Assembly (NCBI RefSeq): GCF_006345805.1
Contig: NW_021825748.1
Span: 1-14,446, forward strand
Reading direction: 5' to 3'
From: Octopus sinensis
Taxonomy: Eukaryota
Length of the DNA stretch: 14,446 bases
The notes beneath the pieces were generated by a model. The model was not told where the DNA came from. It saw only the letters and a program-made list of their open reading frames with translations, and did not search any database. This document shows positions 1-8,334 of this stretch, piece after piece (the first letter of the stretch is position 1; the number at the start of each line of letters is the position of its first letter). A program made the position numbers and the translations under genes.

Positions 1-394
1 GCATGTATGTTCCAGATTCCTAATCTCTATATTTTTCTACGTGGATAAAAAAAAAAATTCGAAAAAAAGTACAAGTTAAGAAATTGCGGTAGGGACGGGG
101 GGCGGTAATTAAAATTTTGAAAACTTAATCTCTGAACAAAATCGTATTAACTCCCTTTTATACAATGAAACAATACATAGTTTGTGATCCTTCTTAAGAA
201 CAGAAACCACTTTCATGCAATCCCATGCAAATTGTACCCCCCCTCTTCACTTTTAACCAAACGATAACTTCCATTATGCCTGTGATCCAGTTCACTATAT
301 ATCAGCTGAGGTAATTCTACCCATAAGAAAGGAACAGATAATACAATGTGGCTGTAGGTCACAACAACCGGGAAACGCCGGGATGCATTGCTAG
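1..394 (+). mobile_element. Probable 3' end of a non-autonomous Helitron; 5' boundary not seen, start coordinate arbitrary
   Basis: GC-rich hairpin CCGG-gaaacg-CCGG (368-381), 9 nt spacer, then CTAG (391-394) followed by T. This matches the canonical Helitron 3' terminus (hairpin, CTRR, A|T target). Confidence 0.5.
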
Positions 395-804
395 TGTGTG
401 TGTATAATAAAATAAAGAAAATGCACACAGTTTACATAGTTTTAATATATTTTATAAATGAAAGAGTATTGTGTTTGTCGACCAGTTTCACTTTCGCTAA
501 TCATGTGTGGAGAAATTTGCGAATGAATCAACAAGATCTGTTGATTCATTCATTCACAAACTTCTCCACACACAACATGAACTAAAATCTTCTGAAGAAA
601 ATACGAAATTACAATAATTTCAATCTCATGATTGGCAAAAGCGAAACCGGTTGACAAACACAATATTCTTTCACTTATAAAATATATTAAAACGTATATT
701 AAAACTATGTAAACTGCGTACATTTTTCTTCTTTTATTTTATATAATTTTGCATTAAAACTCAACACGTGGGGAGAATTGAAATTGTCCTCCTCCCCTTT
801 TCTT

Positions 805-1195
805 ATACTCTTACTCTTTACTTGTTTGACTGCGGCCATGCTGGAGCACCGCCTTTAATCGAGCAACTCGACCCCGGGACTTATTCTTTGTAAGCCCAGT
901 ACTTATTCTATCGGTCTCTTTTGCCGAGCCGCTAAGTGATGGGGACATAAACACACCAGCATCGGTTGTCAAGCAATGCTAGGGGGACAAACACACACAC
1001 ACAAACACGCACACACACATATATACATATATACGACGGGCTTCTTTCAGTTTCCGTCAACCAAATCTACTCACAAGGCTTTGGTCGGCCTGAGGCTATA
1101 GTAGAAGACACTTGCCCAAGGTGCCACGCAGCGGTCTGAACCCGGAACCATGTGGTTGGTAAACAAGCTACTTACCACACAGCCACTCCTGCGCC
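805..1195 (-). mobile_element. tRNA-derived SINE family 1, copy 1 (full length)
   Basis: Minus strand reads GGCGCAGGAGTGGCTGTGTGGTAAG (A box), GGTTCAGACC (B-box-like), CCTTGGGCAAGTGTCTT (CORE-like), internal (TA)/(TG) tract and AGAGTA-repeat tail. Aligns end to end with five other copies in the window. Confidence 0.92.
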
Positions 1196-1366
1196 TATAT
1201 ATATATACACATACTAAACGTTTTTCTTTAATCTTTGAAAACCAAAAATTATTGAAACCGGTTTGGTATCTTAATAAATTCGTTACAAAATTAAAAGACT
1301 ACAACTCATTTTAAGACTCAGGTGCATTTTCATACACCAAAGTAACTTGTGTGAGAATGCACACAC

Positions 1367-1394
1367 ATATATAATATATACATATATATATATA

Positions 1395-1456
<62 letters not shown>
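1367..1456. repeat. (TA)n microsatellite
   Basis: Direct reading of the sequence. Confidence 0.97.
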
Positions 1457-1458
<2 letters not shown>

Positions 1459-1678
1459 CCAAACCCAAGATAAAATGTGATATAATGATACTAATGATAT
1501 ATATATATATATTACGTAAAATACATTATAATTAGACCAACATACCCTTTTAGCGATAAGAGATTGACGATTTAGCTTTCGGCAGGTACTCTGTATTGTA
1601 GTTGGTAACATGAAAGCGATCGATACAGGGTTTGAGTCCTCAGATAGGCACGCACACACAAGGCACACAATACATAAA

Positions 1679-1718
1679 CACACACACACACGCACGCACG
1701 CACGCACGCACGCACGCA
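1679..1718. repeat. (CA)n-(CGCA)n compound microsatellite
   Basis: Direct reading of the sequence. Confidence 0.9.
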
Positions 1719-1763
1719 TGTATGTAATCAAATTTGGGAGAAGGGAGAAGTAAAATACTGCAT

Positions 1764-1823
1764 ATTTTGACAGCTGTTCCGTATTCATCTTGATTCATTT
1801 TGACAGCTGTTTCGTATACATCT
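1764..1823. repeat. Short tandem duplication, 27-bp units at 33-bp period
   Basis: ATTTTGACAGCTGTTCCGTATTCATCT (1764-1790) vs ATTTTGACAGCTGTTTCGTATACATCT (1797-1823), 25/27 identical. Confidence 0.9.
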
Positions 1824-2061
1824 CGCAACGCGCCTTACACACTTATAAACACGCATATACATACATATTTATAGTTGTGTTATAACGTCATGAATAAAAA
1901 ATCTCTCAACATAACATTCTATGGGCGGTGAATATTTTGGCTTACCGCAGAGAGTTTACCGTGATTTCACTTAGATTCTTTGAATCGCTGTTGGTGTTAT
2001 ATATATATAGACAGTCGTGTGCAATGTGTTACCAAAAAGGAAAACTATAATTGTCATTTAA

Positions 2062-2812
2062 TATAACTTTACACCATAAGTGGGTGGGCACCCTAAATTG
2101 TAAATTTTAACATCAGGAATGAGCGAGGACCCTAAATTCTAAATTTTACATTAAGAGTAGGTTGGGACCCTAAATTGTAAGTCTTTGCAGCAAGAGTTGG
2201 CAGGGACCTTAAAGTGCAAAAATTTACACCAGGGGTGGACGAGAATACTAAATTGTAAATCCTTACATCCAAGAGTGGGTGGGGACCCTAACCTGTAAAT
2301 TTTTATACAATGGGCGAGTGAGGACCTTAAACTGTAAATCTTAACCTCAGGAGTGGAAGAGGTCCCTAAATTGTGTGTCTTTATACAAGGAGCGGGCGAG
2401 GACCCTAAATTGTAAATCTTTACTACATAGAGTGATTGGAGACCTTAAATCGTTAATTTTTAACGAAGGTAAGCTGAAGCTTTAATTCGTGAATCTTTAC
2501 ACCAGAGGTGATTGAGATCCTAGAACAGTGGTTTTCAACCAGGTTTCCGCGGAACCTTAGGGTTCCGCCAGTACAGTCCAGGGGTTCCCCAAGAAGTTAC
2601 AAAACTGCTAAAATCGGCAGTAATTTTTAATTCTCCTGTACAGATATGTGTGCAGAAGACTATTAAATTATTGCACAGGGGTTCCTCGAGCCAGTGGAAT
2701 GTTTCCTTGGGGTTCTGCTCCAGCAAAAAGGTTGAAAAGCACTGTCCTAGAATATAATCTTTACACCAGGGTGGATGGGTACTCTGAATTTTAAATCTTT
2801 ACACAAAGGTAG
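2062..2812. repeat. ~39-bp minisatellite, about 14 diverged units, interrupted by a MITE
   Basis: Approximate consensus GACCCTAAATTGTAAATCTTTACACCAGGAGTGGGCGAG. Unit anchors at 2091, 2130, 2168, 2207, 2246, 2286, 2325, 2364, 2403, 2443, ~2480 and 2519; the array resumes after 2752. Confidence 0.92.
2526..2744. mobile_element. Non-autonomous hAT (Charlie-like) MITE, 219 bp
   Basis: 15-bp TIRs CAGTGGTTTTCAACC / GGTTGAAAAGCACTG (14/15 complementary). Perfect 8-bp TSD TCCTAGAA at 2518-2525 and 2745-2752. Subterminal GGGGTTCC/GGGTTCC motifs. Confidence 0.93.
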
Positions 2813-3233
2813 TGTGGTTGGCCGGTCGGGTAACTGGAAAGAAGGGCGATCAGGATTTTCATCACCTCCATTAATTCGCGTCATTTCTGACTTCCCGAAA
2901 GATGGATGCGCAGCGCTAGGGTTGGTCTGATGCCAACATCACCACTGCCGTAACCACCACCGCCACCGCCACAACTTCATCATTATATCTTCCCCCTGCT
3001 TCCATTACCACCACCGACCACAACCTCACCTCTATCGCTTTTAACTACGAACAACAACGCGACTGCGATGATTAACAACACCACCACCACCACCACCACC
3101 ACACTACTACTACCGCCGCCGTCGCCGCTTGCAGTTCATCATCTCTACATTCACCTTCTACATATATCTCTGAATTATTTAACACATGGACACGACTTCA
3201 CAAAAATAAACCTGCACACATCCTTTCAACTTT

Positions 3234-3254
3234 ATACATACATATATACATACA

Positions 3255-3287
<33 letters not shown>

Positions 3288-3478
3288 GCATGCATACATA
3301 CATACATACGTATATGCGTTTGTACGTACATACATAGGTACATAAATATATACATACATACGTACATACATACATACAAATGTACGTACGTACGTCCATG
3401 TGTTTGTATATATACATACACACAGGCGCGTGCGCACACACACACATATAGATAGATGGCTAAATAGATTGATAGATG

Positions 3479-3522
<44 letters not shown>
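3234..3522. repeat. Compound (CATA)n / (GATA)n microsatellite block
   Basis: Direct reading; it generates the YIHT/MYVC/YLSI pseudo-ORFs. Confidence 0.95.
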
Positions 3523-3523
<1 letters not shown>

Positions 3524-3610
3524 ATAAAACCATGAACACATACAACCTTAAAATATATATAAAACTATACACATTCGCACATACACAAACACGTACAACT
3601 ATAGACACGT

Positions 3611-3625
3611 ACACACACACACACA

Positions 3626-3676
<51 letters not shown>

Positions 3677-3684
3677 GCACACAC
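3611..3684. repeat. (CA)n microsatellite
   Basis: Direct reading of the sequence. Confidence 0.97.
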
Positions 3685-4044
3685 TTCCACTGACATCTTT
3701 CTCTAAATTCCAGGTTATCAAACAAGCATAGCAAAAAAAATTTTCACGCCACTGACATCTCCTCTCTTGCGGCTTGACCTACAGCTGGTATGGATCTGGA
3801 CTTGAACCCGTGTCATATTCCCTGTTCTGCCATAATATTCTTATGATTGTTGTTGTTGTTGTTGCTGTCGTTGGTGGTGGTGGCGGTGGCGGTGTTTCGA
3901 TCGCTGCTGCTCGTCTTATCTTCAAGGTTGACATCAAAACTTGTCGGTGATGTTATATTGTAAACATTCCATCTTTTTTTTTACTGGTAACGTGTACCGA
4001 GGACTACATCTTGCAGTGTATTACTCAGCTTGAGAATTGTAGAA

Positions 4045-4067
4045 CATTGGTTCCCAAATGGGGCGCC
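4045..4067 (+). mobile_element. Possible solo hAT TIR relic
   Basis: TAGAA|CATTGGTTCCCAAA resembles the left junction of the MITE (TAGAA|CAGTGGTTTTCAACC). No partner TIR or TSD found. Confidence 0.25.
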
Positions 4068-4084
4068 ACGAGTTGTTACTGTTG

Positions 4085-4290
4085 TCGATGTTTAACCCCG
4101 AGTCAGTCCTGATTGGTGAGATTCATGATCAAAGGCGTTTCCAGGTTTGACCATCCCGCCTTTTTAAGCGATTATTTAAGGTTACGTTATCCAGTGTTTC
4201 ATCTCCTTATCGAAAGTGGTAGGCTGTGATCTGAGGGTAATTTAGCTGCTACTTCTTCTAGCTGGTAATTCGCTACCGTGAGATCTAACC
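4085..4290 (+). mobile_element. Diverged interspersed repeat fragment, retroposon-like
   Basis: Motifs TTTAACCCC-AGTCAGTCCTGAT, TGATCAAAGGC, TGACCATCCCG and GTGATCTGAGGG resemble an abundant octopus repeat as I recall it. Not verifiable within the window. Confidence 0.35.
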
Positions 4291-4314
4291 GGGGTTAATG
4301 AAAAATTACATGGA

Positions 4315-4465
4315 AAGCGAGAAAAATATGAAGTAAAAGAAAGAATGAAAGATGGAAGAAAGGAAAGAAGAAAGAAAAAGAGAGAGAAAGAGATGGAGGG
4401 GGAAAAGACATAAGGAAAGAAAGAAACGAAGAAGGAAGGAAGGAAAAATGGAAAAAGAAGTAAAA
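4315..4465. repeat. Purine-rich low-complexity tract (GAAA/GGAA/GA)
   Basis: Direct reading; explains the F/S/L-rich ORFs 4242-4535 and 4295-4477. Confidence 0.85.
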
Positions 4466-4535
4466 AGTAATGTACACGGCTTAGAAAGGGAAGTATTAAT
4501 GATTCGAACCCGAAATATAGATTTTTAATAAACAT

Positions 4536-4707
4536 GTAGGAGTGGCTGTGTGGTAAGTAGCTTGTTTACCAACCACATGGTTCCAGGTTCAGTCCCACTG
4601 CGTGGCACCTTGGGCAAGTGTCTTCTGCTATAAAATCGGGCCGACCAAAGCCTTGTGAGTGGATTTGGTAGACGGAAACTGAAAGAAGCCCGTCATATAT
4701 ATGTATG

Positions 4708-4740
<33 letters not shown>

Positions 4741-4960
4741 TTGTTTGTGTGTCTGTGTTCGTCCCCCCCTACATCGCTTGACAACCGATGCTGGTGTGTT
4801 TACGTCACCGTAACTTAGCGGTTCGGCAAAAAAGACTGATAGAACAAGTACTAGGCTTACAAAGAGTAAGTCCCGGGGTCGATTAGCTCGACTAAAGGCG
4901 GTGCTCCAGCATGGCCACAGTCAAATGACTGAAACAAGTAAAAGAGTAAATAAAGAGTAT
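4536..4960 (+). mobile_element. SINE family 1, copy 2
   Basis: A box TGGCTGTGTGG (4543-4553), B-box-like GGTTCAGTCC (4586-4595), internal microsatellite and tail AAAAGAGTAAATAAAGAGTA. Aligns with the other copies. Confidence 0.92.
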
Positions 4961-5053
4961 AAAATTCAGAAACTAATTGCGACTGGAGAGTAAAACTTGT
5001 GATTCTACCATAATGAAGTTAAACATCTGTCTGTCTATCGATTTATATGTAAT

Positions 5054-5193
5054 TGCAGCGTGGAAGGGGTTTATAAGCCATTTAAAAACACACAAAAACC
5101 GTTAGATTCACTTCAACATTTAAATTTAATTTGTCAAAATATTTTTGTCGCTTTGAGACTGCAATCTATTTACTAACAAAATTCCATGCTGCA
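5054..5193. mobile_element. 140-bp element with short terminal inverted repeats
   Basis: TGCAGCGTGGAA (5054-5065) / TTCCATGCTGCA (5182-5193), 11/12 complementary; runs into a (TA)n tract. Confidence 0.4.
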
Positions 5194-5219
5194 TATATAT
5201 ATATATAATATATATATAG

Positions 5220-5252
<33 letters not shown>

Positions 5253-5371
5253 TATATAAAGAGAACAAAGTGTACGTACGTCGCTATATATATATATATC
5301 AGGTGGTGCTATTAAGTTAGACATGGCCTGGACCAATCTTTGGTCGAAACATATCTAAGTTTATCTAAGTT

Positions 5372-5418
<47 letters not shown>

Positions 5419-5608
5419 TACAAATTGGGACCAAAACGCAAAACATCCGGACAACTTGGTGATACAAAAAGGACAAAACATCCAGATAGACAATACAAAG
5501 GTAACAACTTCATTCAAGTTTTCTATCTTCAGTCAAGAACCAGATTATCCTCCCAATTTCGGCTGATTATTCTTGAGATTGCTCCAATATGACCAGCCCC
5601 AAGGATAG

Positions 5609-5647
<39 letters not shown>

Positions 5648-5650
5648 TAT
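5193..5650. repeat. Three (TA)n tracts (5193-5299, 5373-5412, 5609-5650) separated by short unique cassettes
   Basis: Direct reading of the sequence. Confidence 0.9.
5413..5608 (+). repeat. TA-flanked dispersed repeat, related to 6683-6812
   Basis: 5529-5560 matches the reverse complement of 6684-6715 at 29/32. Confidence 0.7.
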
Positions 5651-5685
5651 AATGTGTGTGTGTGTGTGCATGTATGTATGTATAT

Positions 5686-6089
5686 TACTCTTTACTCTTT
5701 TACTCTTTTACTTGTTTCAGTCATTTGACTGCGGCCATGCTGGAGCACCACCTTTAATCGAGCAACTCGACCCCGGGACTTATTCTTTTGTAAGCCCAGT
5801 ACTTATTCTATCGGTCTCTTTTGCCGAACCGCTAAGTAACGGGGACGTAAACACACCAGCATCGGTTGTCAAGCAATGCTAGGGGGACAAACACAGACTC
5901 ACAAACACACACACGTTTATATATATATATACATATATACGACGGGCTTCTTTCAGTTTCCGTCTACCAAATCCACTCACAAGGCTTTGGTCGGCCCGAG
6001 GCTATAGTAGAAGACACTTGCCCAAGATGCCACGCAGTGGGACTGAACCCGGAACCATGCGGTTTGTAAACAAGCTACTTACCACACAG
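5686..6089 (-). mobile_element. SINE family 1, copy 3 (first ~13 nt of head missing)
   Basis: Aligns with copies 1 and 4; alignment stops at ACCACACAG (6089), which removes the 5' part of the A box. Confidence 0.92.
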
Positions 6090-6309
6090 AGAAATATTGC
6101 ATTTCTAAATCTCTCAGAGAGACTTATACAGTAGCAGCACGATAAAGAGATGTCTTGTTGCCAACTTAATGTGACAGTCCCAGGAAAGGGAAGAATGCTA
6201 CTGCTATTTAACCCCAGGAAACATAGCTTCCAGTTGGCTATGTGACACAAGCGTTCTGTGTCCTGAAGTTTTCAAACAGTGGAGGTAAGCACCTCCATAT
6301 ATATCTATA

Positions 6310-6682
6310 TACTCTTTTACTCTTTTAAACTTTTTTCAGTCATTTGACTGTGGCCATGCTGGAGCACCACCTTTAATCGAGCAACTCGACCCCGGGACTT
6401 ATTCTTTTGTAAGCCCAGTACTTCTTCTATCGGTCTCTTTTGCCGAACCGCTAAGTAACGGGGACATAAACACACCAGCATCGGTTGTCAAGCAATGCTA
6501 GGGGGACAAACACACGCATATATATATACATATATACGACGGGCTTCTTTCAGTTTCCGTCTACCAAATCCACTCACAAGGCTATAGTAGAAGACACTTG
6601 CCCAAGGTGCCACGCAGTGGGACTGAACTCGGAACCATGTGGTTGGTAAACAAGCTACTTACCACACAGCCACTCTTACGCC
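6310..6682 (-). mobile_element. SINE family 1, copy 4 (17-bp internal deletion)
   Basis: Full head and tail; lacks TTGGTCGGCCCGAGGCT at the ~6583 junction relative to copy 3. Confidence 0.92.
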
Positions 6683-6812
6683 TGAAATTGCGAAGATGAT
6701 CTGGTTCTTGACTGATGACTGAGGGCTTCGAATGTCCCGTCCTGTGGTTCTTGTGTCGTCTCTTTGGTGTTTCATGTTCTTGTCCATGTCTGTATTTATT
6801 TTTTACTGTTTA
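6683..6812 (-). repeat. TA-flanked dispersed repeat, truncated at the head of SINE copy 4
   Basis: Shares a 32-bp core with 5529-5560 in the opposite orientation. Confidence 0.65.
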
Positions 6813-6908
6813 CATATATATATATGAATAAGGATAATAGCATTATTTTAAATAGCGATCAAATCTATTGGCAACATGGGAAGAAAAAAACCTTATAGGT
6901 TAAAATCG

Positions 6909-7014
6909 TGGCACTCCGTCGGTTACGACGACGAGGGTTCCAGGTGATCCGATCGAAACTGCGATCCTATGATCGCGAGTCCGTTGCCCTAACCACTGGG
7001 CCATTGCGCCTCCA
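6909..7014 (-). mobile_element. tRNA-derived SINE family 2, short head-plus-tail derivative
   Basis: Minus strand TGGAGGCGCAATGGCCCAGTGGTTAGGGC with a clean A box (TGGCCCAGTGG), broken B box GTTTCGAT, then CGGATCACCTGGAACCCTCGTCGTCGTAACCGACGGAGTGCCA. CpG-rich against an AT-rich background. Confidence 0.75.
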
Positions 7015-7224
7015 CATGGGTTATGATGATTAAAATTATAAATAAGGGTATCTAAGAGATACCACCATGCTAAAAATAGCATCAAAACCCGACTCTAAAA
7101 CCACATCAAGTATTCAATATATATATAAAGGTTTATACATATATATACATAGGGAAGGGAGAAAATTCCATGAACATAACGGAACAGGATGAAGAATGAA
7201 GTGAATCTAGCCTTTAACGCCACG

Positions 7225-7470
7225 TGGTGGTAGTAGTTGTGGTGGTGGTGGTGGTAGTGGTGCTGCTGCTGGTTTTGGTGATGGTGAGTGGTGGTGGTAG
7301 TGGGTTGTAGTGCCGGTGGTGGTTGTGGTAATGGTGGTAGGGGGCATACACAGGTGGTTATGAAGTCAAAATGTGGTCCTCTTCTTTATCTTATCTCTTA
7401 TGCTAATACATGCACACACACATACACACACACGCACATGCACACATATATACATATACATACATGTATG

Positions 7471-7503
<33 letters not shown>

Positions 7504-7587
7504 GTGCGCGTGTGCATTCATTATAAATAATATACATATACTTATATAGATTTGTAGTACGAACAAGACACAGAAATCAAAACGTGA

Positions 7588-7628
<41 letters not shown>

Positions 7629-7810
7629 TATTATATATATATATATATAATTAGCACAAAGCGTAAAGTGACTCAAGAGTCAATAGTTTCGTGAAGGTAC
7701 ATATCAACCAAGTTTGATAATTGTTATGCACAAAACCCAGTCTTTGTGTCCCTTTGTAACTTGTTCTGCTCGTCCAAAATGTAATATATATATATATATA
7801 CATACATATG
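7225..7810. repeat. Low-complexity block: (GGT)n-rich 7225-7340, (CA)/(TATG) 7410-7510, (TA)n 7589-7648 and 7783-7810
   Basis: Direct reading of the sequence. Confidence 0.85.
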
Positions 7811-8334
7811 TGAGTGTGTAAGTCAATCAGTATTAACATAACCATCTGCGTATACTGTTTATTATAAATACATTGCCGAAAAGCAAATTTTTTTGCGGTT
7901 TTTGTCCGGAGTCAACATCTCTAATGGACGTGGTGTCTTTAAAAACACAATGACCATAATGTATATGAAAGCCAGACGAAAATTGTCCCAACAGCGGCTA
8001 GCGAGAACGCATGACGTATTTCTTGCTTTTTGGGCGTTGTCAATGGCGTGTATTCACAGCCAGTCTCATGTTTATATGAGATTTGTCGCCGAAAACAATG
8101 AATAATCATTCACGGGTATTGCGAATAACAGCCAAGCTGAATAAAAATCAATATGCTACTGAAACAGTAGATTAAAATAACCATTTATGCATCATCTTCA
8201 ATGTAAATACGTTGATGAAAAGCAATTTCACTCTGCTATTCGCCCGGAAATAACATTTATAATTGTATTGTATTTAAAAACACAATATATATCCGAGGGA
8301 CATAAAAATCTTCTGATCAGTGGCTAACATGTAT

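Noticed and set aside
592-620. CTGAAGA-aaatac-GAAA as an intact hammerhead core
   Set aside because: No stem II can form and the stem I strands do not pair.
2062-2525. 39-bp unit as a 13-codon coding repeat (minus-strand consensus about LAHSWCKDLQFRV)
   Set aside because: Unit lengths vary from 38 to 40 bp, and in-frame stops occur, for example a TGA in the unit starting at 2325.
2062-2812. CRISPR-like array
   Set aside because: The units are contiguous diverged tandem repeats without unique spacers, in eukaryotic context.
2860-3130. CpG-richer stretch and ACC-rich tract as an exon or enhancer
   Set aside because: There are stops in all useful frames or only simple-repeat translations; a regulatory role cannot be supported from sequence alone.
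3790-3990. Low-complexity open frames (minus NITSPTSFDVNLEDK...NDSNNNNNNHKN; plus WYGSGLEP...VVVVAVVGGGG) as possible exons
   Set aside because: Both are under 60 codons, driven by GTT/GGT repeats, with no recognisable domain and no convincing pair of splice sites.
6712-6735. CTGATGA...CGAA as a hammerhead
   Set aside because: GAAA is incomplete, there is no G10.1-C11.1 closing pair next to the core, and stems I and III cannot be drawn.
6950-7014. Functional tRNA gene
   Set aside because: The T arm/B box and 3' acceptor strand are missing and the sequence continues into a retroposon-like tail, so it is a SINE head.
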